Virus record (IMG/VR): IMGVR_UViG_3300032285_001531
Direction: 5' to 3' (one strand)
Length of the DNA: 64,000 nt
Source: a virus
Taxonomy: Duplodnaviria; Caudoviricetes
The notes beneath the pieces were generated by a model that saw only the letters and a list, made by a program, of their open reading frames with translations, was not told the origin of the DNA and searched no databases. Positions 16,900 through 25,887 of this stretch are shown piece by piece. The position numbers and the translations under genes are program-made. Numbering within the stretch: the stretch's first letter is position 1; the number at the start of each line of letters is the position of its first letter.

Positions 16900-18473
16900 T
16901 GGAAAAAGACGATTTAACAAGTAAACAAAATCCTGATTGGGCATTGTTTTTACCTGCACTTAGTACATTCTATATTACTGGGTTAGGTAAACAGCGTAAA
17001 GGTGAAGAGTACTTTCCACCTGAACGTATACCAAAAGGTATTCCTGACTTAGAAGGATTGAATTTTCTTAATAGTCAAAAGGCATTATTCCCATACAAGT
17101 GGGCATTGTATTCTGCAGGTCATTCTGAATTAGATCCTAAGAAACAGGGCAATAGTGAAAGCATTGTACACGAACGTGAAAAAGGTACATTCATGTTAGG
17201 TGATTCAGGTGGATTTCAAATCTTAAAAGGTCAATGGCCTGCTGATTGGAAAGATCCTAATTGTCCTAAAGCAAAAAAGAAACGTGAACAGGTACTTGCA
17301 TGGATGGAAACATACATGGACTATGGCATGGTACTTGATATACCTTCACAATCATTGACTACATATCATTTACAAGATCCGAAAACACTTAAGAAAGATG
17401 AAAAGGGTAATATTATACCTGGCTCAGGTGTTTCACTGCATGGTATTAAAACTATTGAAGATGCTATTAAAGCTACACATATCAATAACAAATATTTTAT
17501 TGAGAATCGTATTGGTAAATGTAAGTTCTTAAATGTATTACAAGGTCGTAATCATACTCAAGCTGCTGAATGGTATAATGAGATGAAAGACTATTGTGAT
17601 CCTAAAAAGTATCCTGATAATCATTTTAATGGTTGGGCTATGGGAGGTCAAACTAAGATTGACATTAGCCTTTTTCTTAAATCATTAGTTAATATCATAC
17701 ATGATGACTTGTTACAAGAAGGTGTACATGATTGGATACACTGTTTAGGCACTAGTATATTAGAATGGGCATTGATATTCAGTGATGTACAACGAGCATT
17801 ACGCAAACATGCTAATCCAAAAGTAACTATTAGTTTTGACTGTGCAAGCCCATTCTTTAGTGCTGCTAAAGGCTTAGCATACTTTAACAATAATTTTGAA
17901 CACAATAAGAAGTGGTCTTATCAAATGGAAAAGACTGCTGAGAAAAAAGCATATGCTACTGATACCCGCAAATATAGAGATGGTGTATTAGCTGATGGCA
18001 TACATGAGATATTTGCCGACAGTCCTGTGACTGCAAATATGACAATGCAAGACTTATGTTATCGTGGTCAAGGCTTTCTTGGTCAACATGGTAAAGAAAC
18101 TAAAACAAGCTGGGATACATTAAGCTATACGTTATTGCAAGGTCATAATGTATATCAACATATGGTTGCTGTGCAAGAAGCTAATCGCAAATATGATACT
18201 AATATTATCCCAAGCATGTTGATACATGAAAAACATGAGCGTATACTGTTCAGTAACGTAGTAGAAGAAATCTTTAGTTTAAAAGATAGGCAAAAAAGTT
18301 TAGATAAAATTGAAGAATATAATTGGTTTTGGAATCAGTTTAAGAGTGGTAGTCAAGGTATGAGTGGTAGAAAAACTACTAATTCAGATACTATATATGG
18401 TGAATTTTTTACAGTAGCAGACGCACCACAAGTTATTGAAGTTCCTGAAGAAGAACCGGAAGATTTTAGATAA
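16899..18473 (+). CDS. dpdA: TGT-fold transglycosylase, DpdA-like (7-deazaguanine insertion into DNA)
   Basis: GDSGGFQ, MVLDIP, NVLQG, WAMGG, IHCLG, SFDCASP; clustered with folE/queD/queE. Confidence 0.8.
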   Translation: MEKDDLTSKQNPDWALFLPALSTFYITGLGKQRKGEEYFPPERIPKGIPDLEGLNFLNSQKALFPYKWALYSAGHSELDPKKQGNSESIVHEREKGTFMLGDSGGFQILKGQWPADWKDPNCPKAKKKREQVLAWMETYMDYGMVLDIPSQSLTTYHLQDPKTLKKDEKGNIIPGSGVSLHGIKTIEDAIKATHINNKYFIENRIGKCKFLNVLQGRNHTQAAEWYNEMKDYCDPKKYPDNHFNGWAMGGQTKIDISLFLKSLVNIIHDDLLQEGVHDWIHCLGTSILEWALIFSDVQRALRKHANPKVTISFDCASPFFSAAKGLAYFNNNFEHNKKWSYQMEKTAEKKAYATDTRKYRDGVLADGIHEIFADSPVTANMTMQDLCYRGQGFLGQHGKETKTSWDTLSYTLLQGHNVYQHMVAVQEANRKYDTNIIPSMLIHEKHERILFSNVVEEIFSLKDRQKSLDKIEEYNWFWNQFKSGSQGMSGRKTTNSDTIYGEFFTVADAPQVIEVPEEEPEDFR

Positions 18474-18484
18474 CAGAGGATATT

Positions 18485-18691
18485 ATGTACGAAGGTAAAA
18501 TCAAACAGTTAGAAGAAGCACATAAAGTGTTGAACAAACAAATAGATGATATGGAACGTAATCACCCACATGTTGAGGTAGATAAACTATCTGAAATGAA
18601 GAAGCGTAAATTAATGTTACGTGATGAGATAAGTCGCCTAAATAAATTACAATGGGAACATGACCACGACAGTGTGGACTTAGGAGAATAA
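18485..18691 (+). CDS. DUF465/YdcH-like small coiled-coil protein
   Basis: LEEAHKVLNKQI...MKKRKLMLRDEI. Confidence 0.7.
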   Translation: MYEGKIKQLEEAHKVLNKQIDDMERNHPHVEVDKLSEMKKRKLMLRDEISRLNKLQWEHDHDSVDLGE

Positions 18692-18692
18692 T

Positions 18693-19145
18693 ATGGATCA
18701 AAGAGAAATGGCATTAGCTGAAACTAGAATTAGAATCAAACAAACTGCTAAACGTATGATATTTGTTACCTTTCAAAAAGAAGGTATTCATAGATATCCT
18801 GCAGCAGCAACAGATCCTAACTTATGTACAGCAGGTGAATATGACGTATCGTTTCTTGCTAATCCACATCGTCATATATTTCATTTCAATGTTAATATTG
18901 AAGTGTTTCACAATGACCGTGATATAGAATTTATTCAATTCAAGCGTTGGCTAGAAGGTCTTTATAGCAAAGACATACTTGAATTGGATTTTAAAAGCTG
19001 CGAAATGATTAGCGATGACTTATATGAACAAATCGCTAGTCGTTACCCAGATCGTGACATTGAAATCACTGTAAGCGAAGATGGTGAGAACGGTGCAACG
19101 ATACATTATAGTACTACTAAACCACATTTATCAATAACACTTTAA
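18693..19145 (+). CDS. QueD-like T-fold protein, DpdL-type (putative CDG decarboxylase)
   Basis: LANPHRHIF matches LxxxHRHxF instead of QueD CxxxHGH; SCEMI and VSEDGENGA T-fold motifs. Confidence 0.7.
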   Translation: MDQREMALAETRIRIKQTAKRMIFVTFQKEGIHRYPAAATDPNLCTAGEYDVSFLANPHRHIFHFNVNIEVFHNDRDIEFIQFKRWLEGLYSKDILELDFKSCEMISDDLYEQIASRYPDRDIEITVSEDGENGATIHYSTTKPHLSITL

Positions 19146-19154
19146 GGAAACAAA

Positions 19155-19358
19155 ATGGCAAAACTAGAAATCAAACCTAATCATAAAGTTCGTGCAATCT
19201 TTGACGATTTAGAAAAGTATCGCAACTTCTGCGTTGACTTTGGTTACAAGTTTGATGAGGCGCATTTGTATGATATGCGTGTATTCTCATACCGTCAACA
19301 TGCTAAACAATTAGCAGGTAAGAATCCAAAGGATCAATGGGCAGAGGATATGAGATAA
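19155..19358 (+). CDS. Hypothetical protein
   Basis: 67 aa, SD AAGGA. Confidence 0.7.
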   Translation: MAKLEIKPNHKVRAIFDDLEKYRNFCVDFGYKFDEAHLYDMRVFSYRQHAKQLAGKNPKDQWAEDMR

Positions 19359-19750
19359 TGGCTGTCTATACTATATCAACTAAAGAAAAGAAAAGCGTTG
19401 AAGAACGTGAGATTTGGGTTAAAGATGATTTAACTATCATTCGTATTAATGGCTTTCGTTGGGGTTCATATACAATTGAATTAGATGACGATGAAGAACT
19501 AGATATAGACCCAAACAATCCAGATGGCATAGACATGAACTGTTGCGGTTACGATGCAGAACTAGTTAGTATGGATGATGGTTGGTACGGTGATGTAGAG
19601 TATCCAGAAAGCATGAGTGATGAAGAACGTGAACGTATGGATGAAATATGGGACGAAGATTATTATGAAGGTTGGGAAGGTGAAGGTTGGATGCAAACTG
19701 ACACTGAAGCAATGTTCTATGGTCCATTAGAAATAACTAAGGAAGATTAA
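19358..19750 (+). CDS. Acidic hypothetical protein (paralog of 55497-56036)
   Basis: VYTISTKEKKSV...FRWGS; start at TAATG 19358. Confidence 0.7.
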   Translation: MAVYTISTKEKKSVEEREIWVKDDLTIIRINGFRWGSYTIELDDDEELDIDPNNPDGIDMNCCGYDAELVSMDDGWYGDVEYPESMSDEERERMDEIWDEDYYEGWEGEGWMQTDTEAMFYGPLEITKED

Positions 19751-20943
19751 TGCAAACATTATATTACATGGGTTTAGAACCCTATAAGGCAAGATATACT
19801 CTACAGTTACAAGAGTGGAATCGTGCTGTATTTGAACGTAGGGGAATAAACTATGTAATAGTTCCTGGTGAAACACTAAGTAATGACAAAGCCATTGTAA
19901 CGGGTCAAGTGTTAGATGCACATGGTCGCAGTTACTTTGGCATGAGTCAAATGATGAATCTAGTTAAATTAATGAAAGCAGGAGAAATTAATCATGCAGA
20001 TGTTATATACTTTGAGGACATGTTTCAACCCGGCATTGAGAGCCTACCTTATATTATTGATCAAATCCCTCATACTATGCGTCCTCGTATTGCTGTTCGT
20101 TGCCTTGCACAAACTATTGACCCCGATGATTTCGTTCATGTATGGGGTATGCAAGACTGGATGGGTCACTATGAAAAGATGGTTGATTCGTTCGTAGATA
20201 TTACACTTGCTACTAATGAAGAAATGGTAGCACATATGAAAATAGCAGGATGGAAGTCAAAGATTTATAATATCAGTGGCTTAGCATTCGGTAAAGATGA
20301 AGTACGTAATAGAATAGAAGGTGAACTAAAGCCATTCAATGAACGAACATATCGTGTTGGTTTTGCCGCACGTTGGGATCAGGAGAAACAACCTGACTTC
20401 TATATGGACTTGATTGAAGAATACAATCGTATACAAAGTATGGCATATAATGATTTTCCTAAAGTAGAGTTTTGCGTATTCAGTGGTAGTAAATTAAAAA
20501 GTAATAATAGTAGTTACATGGAACGCACAAAGAAATTGCAACAAGAAGGTAAGCTTGTTATATATGAGGATTTAGAAAAGAATGATTACTATAATTTGCT
20601 TAATGATACTCGTGTCTTGTTTAATTGTGCCCTACAAGATTGGGTTTCCAACACAGTCAGTGAAGCAGATACTCTTGGCTGTAACGTTTTATACCCTGCT
20701 TATAGGTCTTTCCCTGAAACTTTTGCTAATGACAGTGACAGGCTTTACATTCCTTGGTCAATGAATGATGCACTTGACAAGTTATTAAAACTATTAAAGC
20801 ATCCACATAAAGATATCGGTAAAATCAGTGACTATAATGATAAGACAATTGACAGAATTTGTGATATAATAACTGGTCAGGGCGAAAGATACTTGCGTAT
20901 GGATACTGACTATCGTAAGCATGTTAGCGAGACAAAATATTAA
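19750..20943 (+). CDS. GT-B glycosyltransferase (GT4-like)
   Basis: FAARWDQEKQPD, FNCALQDWVSNTVSEA, YPAYRSFPE. Confidence 0.8.
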   Translation: MQTLYYMGLEPYKARYTLQLQEWNRAVFERRGINYVIVPGETLSNDKAIVTGQVLDAHGRSYFGMSQMMNLVKLMKAGEINHADVIYFEDMFQPGIESLPYIIDQIPHTMRPRIAVRCLAQTIDPDDFVHVWGMQDWMGHYEKMVDSFVDITLATNEEMVAHMKIAGWKSKIYNISGLAFGKDEVRNRIEGELKPFNERTYRVGFAARWDQEKQPDFYMDLIEEYNRIQSMAYNDFPKVEFCVFSGSKLKSNNSSYMERTKKLQQEGKLVIYEDLEKNDYYNLLNDTRVLFNCALQDWVSNTVSEADTLGCNVLYPAYRSFPETFANDSDRLYIPWSMNDALDKLLKLLKHPHKDIGKISDYNDKTIDRICDIITGQGERYLRMDTDYRKHVSETKY

Positions 20944-21161
20944 TGACTGCTATATTTACATATCTTTTTATAGGTGGAGTGTTAGGATTTCTAATAGGAT
21001 TGAACAAGCACCAAACACCTACTGGTCTTATTAACTATAATATTTTAAAAAACGAACGAGATGAATCTGAGAGAAAACTTTTGTATTACAAAAAGGTAAT
21101 CAAAGACCTAGTAGAAGATAATCGTAAGCTAGTAAAAGAATTAGAAGAACATAATAAATGA
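20943..21161 (+). CDS. Small membrane-anchored coiled-coil protein
   Basis: Hydrophobic N-terminus. Confidence 0.6.
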   Translation: MTAIFTYLFIGGVLGFLIGLNKHQTPTGLINYNILKNERDESERKLLYYKKVIKDLVEDNRKLVKELEEHNK

Positions 21162-22141
21162 AAACAGTTGTAATTACCGGTTCAAATGGTTTTATAGGAA
21201 GTCATACTGCAAAAGTGTTTCGCAAAGCAGGTTACTATGTTGTGGGTATAGATAACAAATATACTATACCTGCAAATAAAGATTACTGTAATGAAGTTAG
21301 AATAGGTGATTATGACACTGTAGGCGCCTTTGCTATTCAGTATCATCAAGCTAATGCCATTGTGCATTGTGCTGCCAATTCACTTGTGGGACCAAGTATA
21401 AGTAATCCCTACAGTTATTATAACAATAATGTAGCAAAATTAAATCAATTTTTAAACACTTTACATGACATATATAATTGGCACGGTAGTATTATTTTTT
21501 CAAGTAGTGCTGCAGTGTATGGAACTAACTCTGATGAATCAATAAAAGAGAATGCCAACAAAGATCCAATAAGCCCATATGGTCGTAGTAAGTTAATGGG
21601 CGAACACATAATTAACGATTATTGTATTGCACATGGATATAAAGCAATTGCATTGCGTTATTTCAATGCAACTGGATGTGACATTGATGGTGAATTAGGT
21701 TGTATTAAGGATGATACTCATTTAGTTCCACGTGTTTCTACTGCAGCCTTGAATGAAAAATCATTAATCATTAATGGTAACGATTTCAACACTCCTGACG
21801 GTACATGCATACGTGATTACTTGCATGTAACTGACATTGCTAATGCACATTTAGCTGCTGTAGAGTTAAGTATGGGTTACAGTGAAGGTGAATTTGAAGT
21901 ATTCAATTTGGGTACTGGCACAGGATATAGTAACTTAGAAATTGCCAATGCATTCGTAGAGCATAATAAGATACCTTTAACTTGGGCATTTGGTCCTAGA
22001 CAAATAGGTGATCCTGATAAGCTAGTTGCAGATCCAATTAATTTTATACATGAAACTGGCTGGATGCCAGAACATAGTGATTTAGAAACAATAGTAACCA
22101 CAACTTTTGACTTCATGAAAAAAATGTATTACAATAATTGA
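21158..22141 (+). CDS. galE: UDP-glucose 4-epimerase (GalE-like)
   Basis: ITGSNGFIG, FSSSAAVYG, YGRSK, LRYFNA, DGTCIRDYLHV. Confidence 0.9.
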   Translation: MKTVVITGSNGFIGSHTAKVFRKAGYYVVGIDNKYTIPANKDYCNEVRIGDYDTVGAFAIQYHQANAIVHCAANSLVGPSISNPYSYYNNNVAKLNQFLNTLHDIYNWHGSIIFSSSAAVYGTNSDESIKENANKDPISPYGRSKLMGEHIINDYCIAHGYKAIALRYFNATGCDIDGELGCIKDDTHLVPRVSTAALNEKSLIINGNDFNTPDGTCIRDYLHVTDIANAHLAAVELSMGYSEGEFEVFNLGTGTGYSNLEIANAFVEHNKIPLTWAFGPRQIGDPDKLVADPINFIHETGWMPEHSDLETIVTTTFDFMKKMYYNN

Positions 22142-22210
22142 AATAAATAGTTATGTAACACAAAGGTTACAAATAGTCAACAAAAAACCATCACAACGGA
22201 GGGTTATCAA

Positions 22211-22894
22211 ATGAGTTTTAATAAGACAAAAACAGATCCTATTTTAGGACAACAAGTACACGAACATTTAGTAAAAATGGGAGTTGAAACTCCAATGAAT
22301 GCTAATAATCGGGACCGTAAAGAAAAGATTGAATTAATTGAGAGCTATTTCGAAGGCATAATGATGGCTTTGGGTTTAGACTTACAAGATGATAGTCTTA
22401 ACGAAACACCTAAGCGTGTTGCTAAGATGTATGTTAACGAAATCTTTTGGGGATTAGATTATGATGCATTCCCTAAATGTACTACAGTAGACAACAAGAT
22501 GAATTACAACGAAATGGTAGTAGAACGCAATGTATCAGTGCAAAGTAACTGTGAACATCACTTTGTTATCATTGACGGTCTTGCTACAGTTGCGTATGTG
22601 CCTAATCAAAAAGTATTAGGACTAAGCAAAATCAATCGTATTGTAGAATACTTTAGTAAGCGTCCACAGATACAAGAACGACTAACAGAGCAAATCTTTC
22701 ACACACTATGCTATATCCTTGAAACAGACGATGTTGCAGTTCTTATAAATGCTAGACATTATTGTGTGCGTAGCAGGGGAGTCGAAGATGCCGGAAGTTC
22801 TACCGTTACTAGTAGATTAGGCGGTGGTTTCAAAACTGATCCTGCTGCAAGAGCAGAATTTATGAGGATGGTTTCTTTAAGCGACCTAAATTAA
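22211..22894 (+). CDS. folE: GTP cyclohydrolase I
   Basis: ETPKRVAKMY, SNCEHH, GLSKINRIV, QIQERLT, HYCVRSRG. Confidence 0.96.
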   Translation: MSFNKTKTDPILGQQVHEHLVKMGVETPMNANNRDRKEKIELIESYFEGIMMALGLDLQDDSLNETPKRVAKMYVNEIFWGLDYDAFPKCTTVDNKMNYNEMVVERNVSVQSNCEHHFVIIDGLATVAYVPNQKVLGLSKINRIVEYFSKRPQIQERLTEQIFHTLCYILETDDVAVLINARHYCVRSRGVEDAGSSTVTSRLGGGFKTDPAARAEFMRMVSLSDLN

Positions 22895-22952
22895 GAGAAT
22901 TTGTTGCAGGATCATCAGGAAATAGATGTTGTAAAAACTAGAGGATTAGAAG

Positions 22953-23426
22953 ATGATATTCAATCACATTAAGAAACTTAAAGCAGAAGGTAAGAAGATA
23001 GGTATAACATTTTCTACCTTCGACTTGTTACATGCAGGTCATATTGCTATGCTAAGTGAAGCAAAGAATCATTGTGATTATCTTATTGCTGGCTTACAAA
23101 CTGATCCAACAATAGATAGACCTGATACTAAGAATAAACCTGTGCAAAGTATTGTAGAACGACAAATTCAATTGTCAGCATGTCGTTATGTTGATGAAGT
23201 GGTTGTGTATCAAACTGAACAAGACTTAATTGACTTATTATTGATTCTACCAATAGATGTTAGAATACTAGGTGTAGAGTATGAGAACAAAGACTTTACC
23301 GGTAAGAAAGAATGCTGGGATCGTGACATTGAATTAGTATTCAATGGGCGTGATCATAGTTTCAGTTCTAGTAGTCTGCGTAAACGTGTTGCTAATGCAC
23401 AAATAGTTAATAAATTAAACAAATAA
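22953..23426 (+). CDS. Cytidylyltransferase (TagD/RfaE-like)
   Basis: TFSTFDLLHAGH, LIAGLQTD, SSSSLR. Confidence 0.88.
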   Translation: MIFNHIKKLKAEGKKIGITFSTFDLLHAGHIAMLSEAKNHCDYLIAGLQTDPTIDRPDTKNKPVQSIVERQIQLSACRYVDEVVVYQTEQDLIDLLLILPIDVRILGVEYENKDFTGKKECWDRDIELVFNGRDHSFSSSSLRKRVANAQIVNKLNK

Positions 23427-23430
23427 AAAT

Positions 23431-23473
23431 AGCGGTCTAGGCAATCACCCCGCTCTACAAATTCTGCTGCCTA
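23431..23473 (+). ncRNA. Candidate H-type pseudoknot, preQ1-I riboswitch-like, upstream of queD
   Basis: AGCGG 23431-35/CCGCT 23450-54; loop TAGGCA 23438-43 pairs with TGCCTA 23468-73. Confidence 0.45.
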
Positions 23474-23494
23474 TGATAATGTAGGAAAATAGTT

Positions 23495-24025
23495 ATGACA
23501 ATCGTTAGTAAAGACAATGTTTGGGGAATGCCGACTAAACAATACAAATACACTAGTACCAAAGAATACCACGATGCATTTCCATGTGCATATCGTCAAT
23601 GGAGAGCAGACAGCCATTGTAACTTGATTCATGGTTATAGTTTTAGTATGAAGTTTTACTTTGGTACTGACAGTTTAGATGTACGTAATTGGGCTGCTGA
23701 CTATGGTGGATTAAAAGAACTAAAAGGTATACTGGAAGATCAGTTTGACCATACGTTACTTGTAGCACAAGATGATCCAGAGTTAGAAACATTCAAATTA
23801 TTACAAGAAAAGAAACTTGCTAAATTGACAATTCTTCCAAAATTAGGATGTGAAGGTTTAGCCGATATGCTTTACAAGTACGTGAATGGAGTGTATATTT
23901 CTGATATGTGGGGAGAGGGTGAAGCTGAACGTCTTTGGTGTTATCGTGTAGAAGTACGTGAAACTCAAAGTAACATGGCTTTTAGAGAAGGTCATAGACA
24001 TTGGAATGAGGACTTGTTTAAATGA
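23495..24025 (+). CDS. queD: 6-carboxy-tetrahydropterin synthase
   Basis: CNLIHGYS, DQFDHTLL, CEGLA, VEVRET. Confidence 0.88.
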   Translation: MTIVSKDNVWGMPTKQYKYTSTKEYHDAFPCAYRQWRADSHCNLIHGYSFSMKFYFGTDSLDVRNWAADYGGLKELKGILEDQFDHTLLVAQDDPELETFKLLQEKKLAKLTILPKLGCEGLADMLYKYVNGVYISDMWGEGEAERLWCYRVEVRETQSNMAFREGHRHWNEDLFK

Positions 24026-24579
24026 AAACATTAGTTAGTTATGCCGAGGTTGAACTACATTGTTTAACTATAGCAAAACAAATGAGCAAAGACAAATGGA
24101 TACCTGATTATATTGTAGGTATAACACGTGGTGGACTTTTACCTGCTGTCTTGCTAAGTAACTGGTTTGACTGTAAAATGTACACATTAGATGTAAGACT
24201 GCGTGATGGTAAAGGTGATGGATGCGAAAGCAATCTATGGATGCCCGAAGATGCAATCGGGTATGTACCAGAAGATCAACGTGGTGAAAGTGGCACACGA
24301 GTAGATCCGGCACATCGTAAGAATATATTAATCGTTGATGATATTAATGATACTGGTGCTACTATCAATTGGATTATGCAAGATTGGAAGAAAAGTTGTT
24401 TACCTAACAATAGTGCATGGGATACAGTATGGGGAAACAATGTAAAAGTTGCTACACTATTTGATCGTGGACTATCAAGCAATAGTGAAATGCCGCATCA
24501 GTATACAGGTGTATTAGTTACACAAGACAATGATCCGGGTTGGGTTGTATTTCCCTGGGAAAGCTGGTGTGGAGAATAA
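24022..24579 (+). CDS. Type I phosphoribosyltransferase (purine PRT-like)
   Basis: VGITRGG, ILIVDDINDTGAT PRPP loop, WVVFPWE. Confidence 0.9.
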   Translation: MKTLVSYAEVELHCLTIAKQMSKDKWIPDYIVGITRGGLLPAVLLSNWFDCKMYTLDVRLRDGKGDGCESNLWMPEDAIGYVPEDQRGESGTRVDPAHRKNILIVDDINDTGATINWIMQDWKKSCLPNNSAWDTVWGNNVKVATLFDRGLSSNSEMPHQYTGVLVTQDNDPGWVVFPWESWCGE

Positions 24580-24590
24580 TAGGAGAATAT

Positions 24591-24794
24591 ATGAAAGAAC
24601 TTACAATTATAGAAAAAACTAATTTTAAATTAAAACTAAAACAATGGAAATGTGAAACACCTAACGAATTAAATTCTATTGAATTTGTACAAGAACAAAT
24701 CAATGATGAGGGTGATGTAACTACAACGTCAACATATAACTTTTTTATGACTGATGCTGAACTTAAAAAATTGGCTGAGAGTTTATCACAATGA
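24591..24794 (+). CDS. Hypothetical protein
   Basis: AGGAG SD before ATG 24591. Confidence 0.7.
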   Translation: MKELTIIEKTNFKLKLKQWKCETPNELNSIEFVQEQINDEGDVTTTSTYNFFMTDAELKKLAESLSQ

Positions 24795-25660
24795 GTAAAT
24801 TAAAGATTGCTGAGTTGTTCTACAGCATTCAAGGGGAAGGAAGGTACATGGGTGTACCTTCTGTCTTTTTAAGAACATTCGGATGTAACTTCAAATGTCA
24901 AGGATTTGGTATGCCTAAGGGTGAACTAAGTCATGAGGCAGATGAAGTCGCACGTACACACAATGAAATAGAAACTTTCTTCAACTACAAAGACTTACCT
25001 TTAGTTAAGACAGGATGTGATAGTTATGCTAGCTGGCATCCAAGTTTCAAAGACTTAAGTCCTATGCTTACAACTGATGCTATTGTAGAACGTATTATGG
25101 AAATGCTTCCATATAATGAATGGCGTGAAGAACATCTAGTTATTACTGGTGGTGAACCACTACTAGGATGGCAGAAGTCATATATTGATTTACTTCAACA
25201 TCCTAAGATGCAGTCATTAAAAGAAATTACATTTGAAACAAATGGCACTCAACCGTTATCGCAAGAGTTACAAGACTATTTGCGTTGGAAGCCTGATAGT
25301 TGGACACATCATAAAGGTTATTTTGCATTAACATTTAGTGTAAGTCCTAAACTAACTAGCAGTGGTGAAAAACACGAAGATGCAATCAAGCCTGAAATCG
25401 TAGTTGACTATGAACGTTTCGGTTATACATATCTTAAGTTTGTTGTTGCTACAGAAGAAGATGCACAAGAGGCATTAGAAGTGACTAAGATGTATAGAGA
25501 AGCAGGATTCGTTGGACCTGTATACTTAATGCCAGTGGGTGGTGTTGAGAGTGTATATTCATTAAACAATCGTAGAGTAGCAGACCTTGCTATGAAACAT
25601 GGTTTACGTTATAGTGATAGACTACAAGTGCCTCTCTTTAAGAATGAGTGGGGAACATGA
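24791..25660 (+). CDS. queE: 7-carboxy-7-deazaguanine synthase (radical SAM)
   Basis: FYSIQGEG, FLRTFGCNFKC..CDS, ITGGEP, ETNG, SVSPK, RLQV. Confidence 0.93.
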   Translation: MSKLKIAELFYSIQGEGRYMGVPSVFLRTFGCNFKCQGFGMPKGELSHEADEVARTHNEIETFFNYKDLPLVKTGCDSYASWHPSFKDLSPMLTTDAIVERIMEMLPYNEWREEHLVITGGEPLLGWQKSYIDLLQHPKMQSLKEITFETNGTQPLSQELQDYLRWKPDSWTHHKGYFALTFSVSPKLTSSGEKHEDAIKPEIVVDYERFGYTYLKFVVATEEDAQEALEVTKMYREAGFVGPVYLMPVGGVESVYSLNNRRVADLAMKHGLRYSDRLQVPLFKNEWGT

Positions 25661-25887
25661 TGGGATATTCTTATGAAGGACAAAAGTATGTAGTCTATGA
25701 TTACATACTAATTTGGAATTTACAATTTTGTTGGTTCCCAAAAAAATGTCATAGGTCAAATAAATTAATTTGGCTTAAACATGCATATAAAGGTATTCAT
25801 AAATTAACTGGTCCTGGTTATAACATTGACGTAGAAGTATGGCATCATCCATACGAACATATGAGATTTATTTTAGAGGCAGTATGA
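25657..25887 (+). CDS. Hypothetical protein
   Basis: ATGA overlaps at both ends; FCWFPKKC motif is similar to FAWLP in 54430-54663. Confidence 0.6.
   Translation: MMGYSYEGQKYVVYDYILIWNLQFCWFPKKCHRSNKLIWLKHAYKGIHKLTGPGYNIDVEVWHHPYEHMRFILEAV

Noticed and set aside
16899-18473. tRNA-modifying Tgt (queuosine)
   Set aside because: Lacks the C-terminal Zn-binding Cys motif of tRNA TGTs, is longer and divergent, and sits in the DNA replication operon; a DNA-acting role is favoured
22151-22210. Two small hairpins in the folE leader (TGTAAC/GTTACA; AACC/GGTT near the SD)
   Set aside because: Short AT-rich stems that could arise by chance, with no recognisable aptamer
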